A DNA stretch of 64,000 bases from Hyaloraphidium curvatum SAG 235-1 (GCA_025558095.1 JAIVFI010000020.1:558001-622000); one strand, 5' to 3'; counted from the first letter of the stretch, positions 45,304-57,629 are shown. Translations and numbers: made by a program. Notes: generated by a model not told the origin, from the sequence alone.

Positions 45304-47079
45304 CTACAGCCTACCCCTGGCCTGCGCCCCCCCCGCTGGTATCTCCACGCCCCCGGGCAGCTCGACCACGTACTCCCTCCCCCAATCCGTCTCCCTCTCC
45401 AGCGACGCCGCGTACTCCTTGAACGTGCCCGGGTACCCCGCCGAGGGCATCATCGTCGGGTCGCGCTGGTTGAACCTGGATCGGGGGTCATCGTCCTCCG
45501 CCAGCGGGGCGCACAGGCAAGGGAGGAACACGCACCAGCTCGTGCACCCGGCGGTGAACACGTACCCCTTGAGCCCCTCCGCCAACCACCGCATGTACTG
45601 TTCCTCCGCCTCTGGTCTCGGCCTGATGGACGGCAACGGGCCCCCCGGCTCCCGCATCCCCGCCGCCTTCTCCAGCATCCGCACCAGGTACGCCGCCTGC
45701 ACTTCCACGCCGTAGCACACCGGGTAGATGGGCGAATGGCACGTCCAGGTCGCGAACGAGTTGGGCTGGGTGCTGGTGCAGACGCTGTACAGGTGCGTGT
45801 TGCGGCGGCCGCCCTGCCACGCGTCCGAGAGGAGCACGCCGTCCAGGCCCCGTTGGGGGAAGGGCGGAAGCATGGTGACGTTGTAGCCCGTGCAGAGGAC
45901 GAGCACGTCGCAGGGCACTTCGGTGCCGTCCGAGAGGTGCACCGTGCGCTCCGACATGCGCTTGATGGACGCCACCCTGAGCTCCACATTCGGCTGGTTG
46001 AAGCACTGGGCAAAGTCGTCCGTCGGGCAGGGCCGCTTGCACGCGAACGGGAACGGGAACCGCAGCGCCTCGTAGTCCTTCCTGCTCTTCAGGCTCCACC
46101 ACAGGCTCCAGTCCGACACCCGGCTGACGACGAACTGCTGCACGCTGTTTTTCCTGAACGCCGGCTCGAGGGTGCTGGAGAAGCCGCGAAGGAGGGACTG
46201 CCGGTGCGCTTCGAGCGCCGCGGGGTCCGAGGCGAACCTGGCGCGCTGCGCGGGGGTGTATTCGGGGTTGCCGCCGCGGGGGACGTACGGGGTCGAGGTG
46301 CGCTGGAGGACGGTGATCCTGTTGTGCGGGTGGCGCGCGAGGGAGGGGAGGATCTGCACCGAGGAGGAGCCGGTGCCGACAAGGACGACGTGGGTCACAC
46401 CGGAGGCCGGATCGGCGGGAACGGTGTGGTCCCAGGTCGTGTCCCACTGCACCGAAGAACGCGTCAGGTGGATCAGGGTAATGGCGATTTGGGAGGAACC
46501 CACCCGCGCAGAGTGCATCTTGCGGCCCTTGAAGCCTTCGATGTTTGGCAGCTCGGGCCACGCGGGCTCGTTGACAAAGCCCGTGCACCTGACGAGCCAC
46601 TCGGCTTCGACCTTTTCCGCTGTCCCCGTGGGCACGATGACCGGGATCCCCTTGCGTTCGCTCCCGGTCACGGGCCTCCCGAACCCGTCCACGAACTCGG
46701 TCCGCACGTGCTGGACGTCCAGCACCCACAAATTCCTCGCCCCGTCCCAGGTCGCCGCCGCCACCCTCTTCCCGGTCTCCACCGCCGCCTCGAACCCGAC
46801 CTCCCTGGCCACCATGCCGACGTACTCCCTGACCTCCTCCCCGGGGGCGAATTTCCTGCTCCATCCCGCGTGCGGCGCCCACTCGAACGTGTAGGTATGC
46901 GCCTCGTTGTCCAGCCCCACCCCCGGGTACCGCGCATCGTGCCACGTCCCGCCCGTCGCGTCGGACCTTTCGAACACGCGCACGGAAGCGAACCCGGCGA
47001 GCCGCAGGCGCCGGAAGACCGAGACGGCGCAGACGCCGGCGCCGACGACGGCGATGCGGACGTCGGCGCGGGAGGACAT
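45304..47079 (-). CDS. flavin-containing monooxygenase, Baeyer-Villiger type, two in-frame introns
   Basis: VVGAGVC, GGTWHDARYPG, fingerprint FKGRKMHSAR|WD, VGTGSSSVQI, CKRP, LCTGY, GCTSW|F. Confidence 0.92.
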   Translation of the reverse strand: MSSRADVRIAVVGAGVCAVSVFRRLRLAGFASVRVFERSDATGGTWHDARYPGVGLDNEAHTYTFEWAPHAGWSRKFAPGEEVREYVGMVAREVGFEAAVETGKRVAAATWDGARNLWVLDVQHVRTEFVDGFGRPVTGSERKGIPVIVPTGTAEKVEAEWLVRCTGFVNEPAWPELPNIEGFKGRKMHSARVGSSQIAITLIHLTRSSVQWDTTWDHTVPADPASGVTHVVLVGTGSSSVQILPSLARHPHNRITVLQRTSTPYVPRGGNPEYTPAQRARFASDPAALEAHRQSLLRGFSSTLEPAFRKNSVQQFVVSRVSDWSLWWSLKSRKDYEALRFPFPFACKRPCPTDDFAQCFNQPNVELRVASIKRMSERTVHLSDGTEVPCDVLVLCTGYNVTMLPPFPQRGLDGVLLSDAWQGGRRNTHLYSVCTSTQPNSFATWTCHSPIYPVCYGVEVQAAYLVRMLEKAAGMREPGGPLPSIRPRPEAEEQYMRWLAEGLKGYVFTAGCTSWCVFLPCLCAPLAEDDDPRSRFNQRDPTMMPSAGYPGTFKEYAASLERETDWGREYVVELPGGVEIPAGGAQARGRL

Positions 47080-47619
47080 GGCGGGAGGGGGGCAGGGCGG
47101 GAGACAGGGCGGCGGGTGGCGGGCGTGTTGGCGCCGCTTGGGCGTCCACGATGGTTCTTTGCGCAAGTACCCCGGGTACGCGAACCGGATGCCTGCCGCG
47201 GATGAAGACATCTGGCTTCCATCCGGGCATTGCTCCGATCGCCCTCCTGCGATCGCGGTGTCTGCATAGAGCCAGCACCGAGGCAAGGCGGCCCTGTCCA
47301 TGCCCGCGCGGCGCGGCGCAGGCAGCAGGGCTTCGACCATCCAGGACGATGAACCCCTTCCAGTGCCCTTCCATTGACGTGTCGCGGTTCAGTGACGGTT
47401 TCTGGCGGGGTGTGTCCCAATTTGGGGACCCGAGAACTCCGCCCGCCTGCGGCCCAGGCGCTGCGCCCCTTCCAGGGTCCGCTCAAGAAGGGACACAAGG
47501 ACACCTTCCGCCCGCCCAGCAGCGCTCCCGCCGGTCTCCGCACCCGCCGGCCCATCGGCACTCGTCCCGCCGCAACGACAGCCTTCCCGACCCCGTGCCG
47601 CCGCAGCGCCCGCGCCGCC

Positions 47620-49397
47620 ATGGCCCGCCGCGCCGCCGCCGCCGCCGTCCTCGGCCTCGCCCTCCTCGCCGGAACCGCCGACGCCCAGAACAACGAATAT
47701 TCTCCTTGGGTGCCCAATCTGCCCGCCGGCTACGTCATGCAGGTGCGCCCGCGGCCCCCGGCCGGCCCCGCCCCGCCCGCCGCAGCGTCCCTGATCCCCC
47801 ATCGGCCGTCATCACCAGTTCATCGGCTGCCGCGCGACAAACGCCGACCTCCCCACCGTGTGCAAGGTGGTCTTTGGCGACAAGAACGGCGACGGATGGT
47901 CAATCGCCGAGTGGGAGGGCATGCAGCCTGGTGGGTGTCCCCCTGGCCGGGAGGCGGACCTGTCAGGCCCCGGCTGCGGGCTGTGGCTGTCGGCACCGGA
48001 ACGAATCTGACGAGCTCCTCCGCTTTCTCCTTCTCATCTGCAGACCGCGACGGTTGCCGCGGCGACCTCCCCTGGGGCTCGTGGTGCGCCGTCTTCTCCC
48101 CCCAGGTCACCAACACGGCCTGCATCCGTTCGTGCGACGACGGAGGCAACTACGTCCTCGCCGGCGAGTACCGCACCGGCGGCAGCGGCGTCGACTCGAC
48201 CAGGATCGCGTGCCTGGGCTCGGACCCCCGGACCTGCACGTGGTTCTCCGACGCCACGTGCTCGGTGCTGATGCCGCTCTCCAAGCCCGTGACCACGGTC
48301 GCGTACGAGATCCTCTGCCCGGCCGACGCCGGCCTCGGTCGCGGGTGGTGCGCTGCGGCCTACAAGACCATCGTCGCGGGACTGCCCCAGGAGGTGTGTG
48401 GGCCTTCCGACTCGGCGTGATCATCGGTTGATCTCGTCCCGCCAGACCTGCGCCGCGCCTCCTCCGCCGCCCGGCTGCACCGCGCCCACCGGCGGCCCCA
48501 ACTACGGGGGCAGCCAGTGGACCTGCGTTGCCGATGCCTACGGTTCCGGTACCTTTGTCCCCGTCAAGGTGGGCTATCCGGAATCAGCTCGCTAACGGCC
48601 TGATCTGACCTCGATTTGTTAGCTCGCCGCCGGCGGCAACGCGGCCTGCATGAGCACCAACTCCAAGGACTGCATGTGGACCTCCAAGGACTGCTGCGAG
48701 AGCCTCGCCCGCACCGGCGACGGCACCACGCCCTACCTCGAGTGCGGCGGCATCCACTACGCCGTGTGGGGCGTGACCGGCTACGAGGATCCCCAAGGGT
48801 TAGTTGTCCCCGCCAACCTCACTGTCCATCAAGTTGACCGCGCCCCATCGCCTCCAGCTGGTGCATGCAGGCCCTCCGCGCCCTCGGCGGCGGCGTTCCC
48901 CCTCCCCCTCCCCCGCCCCCCAACGGCGTCCGCACCTGCACCAAGGTCTTCGAGGGCCAGTGCGTCGGCAGCCGCACCACCCCTACCTCCTGGTCCGCGT
49001 ACCAGTACTGCACCGTCAACGCCGGCGGCAACTTCGTCTCGTACGAAACCTACTCGCAGCCCCCCGGGCTGCCGTGTGGACCGTTCTCGGCCATCGCGGA
49101 CATCACCTGCACCGTGCCGTGCGACTACGGGCGCAACACGGTGTTCGACACCAAGTTCTCCGCCACCACGCCGTGCAACATGTGGGTCCCTCCCGGGCGC
49201 CGTCCCGGCAGGCCGTGCTCACGCCTCCCCGGGATCGCAGCGGCACGCCCAACTTCCAGTCCGACGCGCTGCGCTACTGTTCCGACACGTGCGCGCTGCC
49301 CACGCTGGCGGGGACGATCGAGGCCGGCAACAGCCTGGCCAACGTGGAATGCAGGGGGGAGAACCAGCTCTACTGCAAGTGCGGCAAGTGGGTGTGA
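47620..49397 (+). CDS. secreted multi-domain Cys-rich protein, multi-exon
   Basis: Signal peptide MARRAAAAAVLGLALLAGTADA; modules such as WTCV...FVPV|...ACMSTNSKDCMW...LECGGIHYAVWGVTGYEDP...WC separated by poly-Pro linkers; stop at 49397. Confidence 0.8.
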
Positions 49398-49541
49398 GGG
49401 GCAGGCAGGCCCGGAAAAAATCGCTGCTGCGTCGTCGTCTGTATTCGTTCTACGTAATGCAGGGAATTTTCGTGTTGAACCTTCCCAGTCCGATTGAGTC
49501 ACACTGTTCCGGGCTTGTACGAGTTGCCCCCCTCCAGCGAA

Positions 49542-52500
49542 TCAAGTCAAGGTGGCCGTTGCGGTGGTGCTCGTGCGAGGCAGCGCGGTGCAGGTCACCG
49601 ACGCCGACGCCGGCAGCGTCGGGCCAAAGTTGAATGTCGAGCTCGCCGGCCCCGCGGCCGCCCCCGAGCAGCGGGGCGCCGTGGTCGGGACCGCCGTGAC
49701 GGCCTGCACCATCGGCACCCCCGAAACCTTCGAGAACACGATCCCGAACGGGCCGTTCCCGACCGCACCGACGGCGGAGTTGGCGCCGGGCTGGAAGCGG
49801 TACAGCCCGTACAAGATCCGGAGGTTGATGCTGCTCGCCGGCTCGCCGAGCTCGGGGACGGCGTATCCGATCACGCGCGGGTTGGACACGGTCCCGTACG
49901 ATGCATCGTACTCGGCCCAGATGAGCGTGATCTTATAGCAGCCCGGGTCCATGGTCAGCGAGAGGACGCACTCCGAGGTACCGTTGGCGCCGGCAAAGAG
50001 GATGGCGCCCTCGAGGAGGGAGTCCACGTCGTCTGAGACGGGTTGATTGGTCGTTCGATCGGTGTAGGTGATGTCGGGGGTCATTTCAAAGTAGTAGTCG
50101 TCCGTGGCGAGGACGGTCGTGATTGTCGGGCCCGCGGTGGTGCTTGACCATGGCGTGGTCTGGCGGCGGAGGCATTAGCAGGAAAGCGCCATCGGAAAGC
50201 CGGTACGCACAGATGTGACGGTGAAGGACGTGGTCGAGGTGCTAGACAGCATCAACGAAGATGCCGTGAACGAGCTGCTCGCTGTCGTCTCCGAGGTACT
50301 CGTCAAGGTTTCCGAGGTGCTGGAGAGCGTAGAGCTGGACACCGTGGACGAAGTGCTCGTCAGAGTTTCCGACGTGCTAGTCAGCGTGGAACTGCTCGGG
50401 GTCTGCGAAGTGGTGCTGGGCGCCTCCGTAGTGGTAGCAGTCAGAGAACTTGTACTGGGCGTCTCCGACGTCGTAGCAGTCAACGAGGTTGTGCTGGGGG
50501 ATGCTGATGTGGTCGCGGTGAGCGAGCTGGTGCTGGGAGTCTCCGAAGATGTGAAAGTCAGCGAACTGCTGCTCGGCGTCTCCGACGTGCTTGCCGTCCA
50601 AGAGCTCGTCGTGCGCGATTCAGAAGATGTAGCAGTCAGCGAACTGCTGCTCTGCGTCTCCGACGTGCTTGCCGTCCAAGAGCTCGTCGTACGCGATTCA
50701 GAAGATGTGGCAGTCAGAGAGCTGCTGCTCGGCGTCTCCGACGTGCTTGCCGTCCAAGAGCTCGTCGTGCGCGACTTAGAAGATGTGGCAGTCAGAGAGC
50801 TGCTGCTCGGCGTTCCGGACGCCGTCGCCGTCCGGCTTTGGGATTCGGAGGCAGTCGCAGTCCAGCTCTGGCTCTCGCTGGTCGTTGCCGTCAAGCTTTG
50901 GCTCTCGCTGGTCGTGGCTGTCAGACTCTGGGACTTCGACTTCGTCCCCGTCAAGCTTTGCGATTCCGAGGTGGTGGCCGTCAAGCTCTGCGATTCCGAG
51001 GTCGTCGCGGTCAGGGTCTGGCTCTCGCTGGCCGTGACAGTCAGGCTCTGGGACTCTGACGTCGTCGCCGTCGAGCTCTGTGATTCCGACGTTGTCAAGG
51101 TCGCCGAGGCAATCTCGCTGGTCGTGAGGCTCCGAGTCTCCGATGCCGTAGTAGCTGTCTCGCTTTGGGATTCCGAGGTGGATGCCGTGGCAGAAGCAGA
51201 TTCGCTGGTCGTCACCGTCAAGCTCCGCGACTCGGAGGTCGTCAGGCTGGCCGATGCAGTCTCGCTGGCCGTCAAGCTCCGGCTCTCACTGCTCGTCGCC
51301 GTCAAGCTCAGCGATTCCGAGGTGGTGGTCGTCAGGCTCTGCGATTCCGAGGTCGTGGCAGTCCGGCTCCTGGAATCGGAGGTGGTAACGGAAGTACTGC
51401 TGGCGATCGCTGCCGTACTCGGCGATAATGTCGTGACCAATTGCGTCGCCGAGGCGCTACTTGTCCCCGCGGTCCGCGTCCGAGAATCCGTGCTGCTGGA
51501 CCGTTTCAACAAGTTCGTGGTCAACGAAGCAGATGAGGTGCTCGACGAAGATGCCGGCGGCACGGGAACCTCGATCTCTCCTCCGGGGAGCCGTCCGTCG
51601 GGCGAAGCCGTCCCGTTCCAAAGGATCGGCCCCATGGCCCTCGCAAGTCCGACGGTTTGCCCCGGCAGCACGGATCCGGAAACGGAGAAGAAGCCGGAGG
51701 AGTCCGAGGTGGTTTGGTTGAGCACGGATTGCCGTGCTGCGAGCCGGGTTCGGGGGAGGAGAAGAAGCAGGAGGGCTTCGAAAGACAGGGGGGCGTCGAT
51801 GCCCGGCGAGAAGGTTCCGTCCCCGTTGTTGTCGATGAAGCTTTTCGCCAAGGGCACGAAGGTCAGCCGGAGACCGGGGAAGATCGAAGGGAGGGAACCC
51901 ACAGCCGTCCGCGGATGACGTTCAAAACGGGCACCACGGGGATCGTGACGGTCTTTCGGATCGTGGTCGTCCTCCGAATGGTCCGAGTTTTCGTCCTCCT
52001 GATCGTCGTCGACCGCGTAACCGTCCTTCGCGGCAGGCAGCACGCGGCGGCGCTTCCCGTCCCTCGAAATCCAACGTTGGCCCCGGGCGGGCATACGGGA
52101 CACAAGTGACGCGCGTACAGCTCCATGAATGTCGCCGAATGATCCTCCCCGGACAGCTCCGACTCGGGTTCGGTGTCCCGACGAGAGAGCCCGTGATCCC
52201 GGCCGTGCCGCGGCTCCTCGGGGCCGTCTCGGAGTTCCCACTCGTCGTCATCCTCGACGAGTCTCCCAAGAGTGAGATCCACTCCCCTGAGGGCGACGTT
52301 GGTCCCCGATACGGTTACGGTGCGCGTCCGCCGAAAGGTCGTGATTCGGGTCCGCGTGGAAAAGGAGGTGCGGGACACGACCACCGTCCGCGCCGATCGT
52401 CGGGCACTTGCAGAGGGGAAGCCAATCAGTTCCCTCGCTTCCGACGCGTCTTCGGGGAGGCGTCTTACCAGCAGCAGCCCTGCGCGTTCGCGTAGAATCC

Positions 52501-52854
52501 CCCGGGCCGGCTGCGGCGGCGGGGACGAATCGCACGTCAGCCTCTCGGAAAAGACGGCGGGAAGCCAGAGACGCGGTCCCGACCGCTGGGGAGCGGGGGC
52601 GGACGCGATACTCACCACTGCTGGGCGACGGTCCAGCGGTTGTCCCGGGCGGGATTGACGCTCGCGTCAACCAAAGCGGGCCAACCTCGCGCGCCGAGCA
52701 GAGCGGCCGCGACTGCCGAAATACTCAAATTGGGAAGGCGCAGCTGAGCAATTCGAGGGCGATTTAAGCCAGACGCTGCTCCTGCGTGTCCGGCGAGGGA
52801 TGGAGAGAAAACCGCGAGCAGAAGAAGCGCGGCCCTCAACCACTCGAAGCGCAT
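49542..52854 (-). CDS. large secreted mucin/adhesin-like Ser/Thr-rich protein with CPxCP/CC motif, SdrD-B-like segment and C-terminal beta-rich domain; multi-exon
   Basis: Signal MRFEWLRAALLLLAVFSPSLA; LYARHLCPVCPPG...CCLPRRTVT; IRGRL|FIDNNGDGTFSPGIDAPL; ~450 aa of S/T repeats; last exon ORF 49542-50084. Confidence 0.7.
50541..51400 (-). repeat. coding tandem repeats: ~30-nt unit (TATTSESQSL) and 78-nt unit x3 (SSSSLTATSSESRTTSSWTASTSETP)
   Basis: Visible in the DNA and in ORF 50175-52241. Confidence 0.9.
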
Positions 52855-53132
52855 CGCGGAAGGCCACGGCGCCGAGTCTTCCGCAACTGAGCGCGAGAAG
52901 GCCGGGCTGATTTGCCAAAGGACCGTCAATACGGCGAATTTTGATTCCGGGGCTGGGGGATTGCCCGCCACCCTTCATCAGCCCGGTGCGGAGAATCCGG
53001 AACTCGCGCCCGTCGAACACCGGGGGCTTTGCTCCAATTCCTACACTAACCGCCCAAGGATGAGGGGGGCCGAGAGCGGGCTACGATGAAGTCAATCCGA
53101 CACAAGAATGTATAAGCAAACTCGGTGATATC

Positions 53133-54987
53133 TTAACTCCTCCACTCCGCCTCGGCAACGAGCCGCCTCCTCTCGAGCTTATTCCCACCCCTGCTTCCGC
53201 CCCGCCCGCTGGAGGTGCTGGATCCCCGCGACCGTCCGTCGTTTCCGTTTGCCGGAACGAAGTAGGAGCTCTCGCCTTCCTCGGACGGCGGCCTGCGACT
53301 GCCCCCCCTGGAGCCTCCCGAGCCGCCCGCACCCCTGGAACTTCCCCCGCCCTCGCCCTCGTCGTCGTCCCTGCCGTTCTGCGGCGCAAAGTACGAAGTC
53401 TGCCCCTCCTGGCTGAAATCGTCGCCGAAGTAGATGTCGTACGCGTCCCGGACCTCCTCGGTCGTGGCCTGGATCTGCCGCGCGACGGCGGGCGCGGGCT
53501 GCTCCCTCGCGCCGCGGGGAGCGGGAGGCCGGCCGTTGGGGGTCGTGAACCTGATGGCGGTGTTGAGCTCGGCGGCCTGTCGCTCGCCGGCCCTGATGAG
53601 CCTCTCGGCGGTGAGCTGCGCGAGGAAGGGGTGGCAGAAGACGGCCTGCCAGCCTATAAACGAGGTCAGAAAATCTTTCTGCCGAGCGCGATGCATCCAC
53701 GCACCCTGGCGCGCGCTGCGGTCCCGGCTGGACCTCCCCAGCCGCTTGCTCGGGTCCCAATGCAGCAGCTTGGTAATGAAGTCGGCAGCCTGGGCCGTGA
53801 TCCCCTCGGCCCTCCACCGGTCAAAGTCAAGGTACTCGGACGGATCAACCTGTCGGCCGTAGTTGGTCCGCCAGAAGTTGGACCAGGCGCGCTGCCCCAC
53901 GATCTTGAAGGGGCCGTTGTACCGGTCGTTCGCGTCGGTCCTGCTCGTCGTACGGGTGAGGGTGTTGTACGCCACAACGCCATAAGACCACCAGTCCGAT
54001 GCGCGGCCGTCTGTGCGGGGAATCGGTCAGCTACAAGCCCCGGGGTGCAGGGCGACGGCGTGCACGCACACGGCGCCTGATTCGGAAAGTCGTACGCCCT
54101 CGGCCCCGCGGTGAAGATCTCGGGCGCAACGATCCTATAGTCGCAAGTGCCCATCTCCTCCCACTCCTGCAGCACGCGGGAGACGTTGACGGAGCACCCA
54201 AAGTCCCCCAGCATGGGCCTCCTTTTCCCGTCGATGAGGATGTTGGCCGCCTTGATGTCCCGATGGATGATGCCCTTGGCGTGCAGGTGGCCTATGGCCA
54301 ACGCGAGCTGGGCCAGCAAGATGCGCGCCTTGGCCTCGGGGATCGGGTTCGTGCCGGGGAAGAACTTGGCCGAGAGGCCCTGGATCTCGGCCTCGAGGTC
54401 CGACGCGGCGACGGGCATGGCGATGGTGAAGGTGTTCCTGTCCGGAGTGCGTTCGCGCCACACGCCCCAGAAATGGATAAGGTAGGGGCCGCCGTTGGCG
54501 ACCGACATCTGTACCGTCGAGGAGGGGGTCGTCAAAGGCGGAACAGTCGGCGGGACCTAACCCTAGGGGAACCCACGAAGTGCGGCTCGAGCCTGTCCGC
54601 GATCGCCGTCTTCTTTGGAATCACCCGCTGGTCGTTCGGGTCGTAGAACTGGCTCTTGATAGCAAACAGGCGCACGTTGGGCGGGTCCAGTGGGCCCGGC
54701 TCGGCGGACCGAAGCGCGGCAATGCGGACGGAGCCGAAATGTCCGCTACCAACGGTGCCGGAAAAGTCAAAGTAGAACTCGGGCTTGATCGACGGGTCGC
54801 GGTTGGCGACGACGCGGTTCGGGAGCACAAGGGCGGGCGTGGCCGGCTGCAGGACCGTCGCGGGGGAGACGCAGGTCACGTCGTTGGCGCGGTTCCGCCC
54901 GCGCTGCCCCTCCGCGGCGTGGGCGGCGGCGGCAAAAAGGGCCAGCAGCAGGGCCGCCAGCGCGGCGGCCGCCCGTGGAGGGGCCAT
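53133..54987 (-). CDS. Ser/Thr protein kinase (AGC-like) with N-terminal signal peptide, three introns
   Basis: MAPPRAAAALAALLLALFAAAAHA; GSGHFG, FAIK, HRDIKAAN, DFG, APE, SDWWSYG, AADFITKLLHWDPSKRLG, HPFL. Confidence 0.88.
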
Positions 54988-55332
54988 GGGCGCGATCCGG
55001 TTGCCGTGGCCGGCGGGCTGTGGGGCCGGAATGAGATGGACCCGCCGAAGGTCCACCCGGTCATTGCGCAACACACGGCCAGTGCCAGTGCCCCTGCGTT
55101 TGGCCAACATGGGCGTATCACCAGGAGCGCGAACGGTGGCTCCTTGACGGAGCAGATGCGGAAATATATACGGCGCCGGACGATCGAAGCGCATACGATC
55201 TTCCCATTTCAAAGGTTCCAGACCATCAATCCGACTGCAAGCACGGACTTTCGCGAAACGGGCTTCGCAAGATGGCCGCATGGGGAATCGGAATCACATG
55301 CGCATGTTCGATCTGCGAAGAAGGCACGTTCG

Positions 55333-56520
55333 TCAAGCCCCCCCGGGACCACCTGCACCTTCTGCCGCTCGGGTGCAAGCTTCGCGGTGGCCCCCTTTCC
55401 AAGCGGCGATCTGGCACTCGGAGGAGCAGTAGTGTGCGACCTTGCACCGCGAGCATCTCTTCATCCCCTGCTGCGCGACGGAACCGCAGTGATCGCAGGT
55501 CAAGGGCACGGCGCCTTCCGTCCTCAGGTTCCTGGAGATGCGCTTTGCATTGGCCATCCGGGCCTCTACCGGGATCCCATTCACGGGCGCAACGCCCGGG
55601 CTCGACAGGATGAAGGCATTGAAGAGACTTCCGAGTTCGGCGGCGTTGGCGCACGGCCTGGGGGGGATCATGCCTCTGCACCACCTTGCGAACTCCTTGA
55701 AGAAGGTCGCGAAAACCAGGCCCTCGCCATCGTCCCCTAGGACGGTTGCTCCGCGATCCCTGCTCCATTTCGTGGGATTCTCGCCCACGATCCCAAGAGA
55801 CTGCACGAGTGTGCCGAAAGCCACTCCAACCAAGCCCTTTGCCTTCTGGTCCAAAGGTGCTCCGTCGCGGTAGCAGGCCGCCTTTTGGACCACGTAGTCG
55901 GAGGCACCGTTGCGCATAAGAGCGTCCAGGAAGTCGGAGTCCGCAAGGAGGCGCTTCCGAACGGGCCGCGCTCGGGTCAAGATCGTGAGCATCAGCAGCG
56001 CGGACTCGGCAATCTGCCCAAAGGAGGAAGAGAAAGGCTTCAACCTTTCGACCTCGACGAGGGCGCTGGGAGACACCGGGAGCTTGAAGTCCAAGCAGGG
56101 CCACCCGTCCCCGGCGAACGTCCACTCTTTCTGGTTCTCTGCAGAAGCGAAAGCCATGTAGGCCGCACGAAGCGCGGGCCAGATGCGCACAAAGACGGCT
56201 TCCCAGATGGTCGCAAACCACGGGTCATTGACATGTTCGTAGCTGCTGATCTGGGCCGCTGGAAAGCCGGCCGGAAAGAACGGCGTGAGCTTCGCCGTCC
56301 CGTTGGGGGAGAAGGCGACGAGCAAGTTCTGCGCTTCGATGAGCTGATTGTACCCGCTGGAGCGGAGCAAGCCGGCCGAGTCACTCGACGGCTTCGGTGT
56401 GTTCTTGAGCACGGAAGCTTCGAAAGCCGTGAAGAAGCCGTCCATGCGGTCGGTCCCGGCACCGACGAATGCCCCCTTGTCGAACCGCTCCCAGCCCTTC
56501 GGAGCAGCCGGTTGCGCCAT
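55333..56520 (-). CDS. MYND zinc-finger protein, intronless
   Basis: CDHC...MKRCSRCKVAHYCSSECQIAAWKGGHREAC at the C-terminus. Confidence 0.9.
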   Translation of the reverse strand: MAQPAAPKGWERFDKGAFVGAGTDRMDGFFTAFEASVLKNTPKPSSDSAGLLRSSGYNQLIEAQNLLVAFSPNGTAKLTPFFPAGFPAAQISSYEHVNDPWFATIWEAVFVRIWPALRAAYMAFASAENQKEWTFAGDGWPCLDFKLPVSPSALVEVERLKPFSSSFGQIAESALLMLTILTRARPVRKRLLADSDFLDALMRNGASDYVVQKAACYRDGAPLDQKAKGLVGVAFGTLVQSLGIVGENPTKWSRDRGATVLGDDGEGLVFATFFKEFARWCRGMIPPRPCANAAELGSLFNAFILSSPGVAPVNGIPVEARMANAKRISRNLRTEGAVPLTCDHCGSVAQQGMKRCSRCKVAHYCSSECQIAAWKGGHREACTRAAEGAGGPGGA

Positions 56521-57629
56521 CCGCGCCAGTTATGGGCTGTGACGCTTGAAAGTGTTCCGCGACGAGCTTCCACGAGGGTTACGTTCTCCTGCGCAAACGC
56601 CGCTTCGGCAAAACAAGCAGCCGCTCTGTGACTTCAGCGGACCGTTGGGGCGCAGGGGTTCTCGGGTGTGAACGACACGTCACGACGCGACCGCAGCTGC
56701 TGCAAAGTATCCCCTCACCTCTATCCCGGAACCATGGAAACCGCGCGCCTCGGCTTCTTAATCTACGACGGCACTAAAAGCAAACCCAGCTACACCTTCG
56801 GGAGCCTGCCGCTGCCGCCCGGCCCGCCTTCGCACCCCTGAGAACCGCAAGGCGATGGAGGCGTCCGCGCGCGCCCTCGGCGAAAAGGCCGGGTGGGGCC
56901 TCGCGAAAGCATGCCGCACTTGCCGGAACGAAGGCCCGACGAACTTCCACGTGGCCGTGATTTTTCGGGCGCGTAGTGACGGGCGCCCTTTGGGCTTCGC
57001 TGTGGTCGCCGCGTGCGAGGGAGCTTCCTGGCGCCGATGCCGCCTCGATGTTCCTTCGCCGCAAGAACTCCGAAGGTTTCCCCGCGCCCTACGAGAACCG
57101 GAAGATGCAGCCGCTGGATTTGGACCTCTGTCTCTGCACGTCATTCCCCGGGAGCGGCGACCCCATCTTCGAAGCCAGCCTGACGCGCCGGGTGGAGCTG
57201 CCGGGGGACCTTGTAAACCCTAGAACGTGCAGCATCGAAGCTCCGTTCCAGCCGGGGGATGAGCTGGCCAAGGCCGAGAGCGTCGAGGCTTTCTCCTCGT
57301 CGTGCCGGGCCTGCGTCGTTTGCGGGCGGCGTTGGCTTCCCCGCGGCATCACGCGCGGACCACGGTGGTAGTGGGCGAGTCGAAGATTGGGGATGAAAGA
57401 CTCGAGGCTCAAAGCAAGCTTGGTGCCAGCTAGCAGGACGTAACGGCTCGGACACCCGGTACGTCTATAGAAGAGCAAACAAAAGACCAGTTGCTCTGAT
57501 CAGGGCTTTGTCGCTGGTCGAGACGTCGACGATCGACGCGAGAAGCGGCGGGGCAGGAACGCTGCGCGCTGACGCACTGTGGACCGCCGCCACCCGCCCA
57601 AACACCGAATCTCTCCCGCGTGCCGCGCC

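Noticed and set aside
50541-51400. Regularly spaced repeats as a possible CRISPR array
   Set aside because: Units are multiples of 3, degenerate at third codon positions, lack unique spacers, and no cas genes are present.
50215-51918. 567-aa Val/Leu/Asp-rich ORF on the + strand
   Set aside because: Antisense shadow of the Ser/Thr repeat gene on the - strand.
57105-57371. Short ORF MQPLDLDLC...CRACVVCG
   Set aside because: Could be a decayed zinc-finger gene fragment, but too short and unsupported to call.
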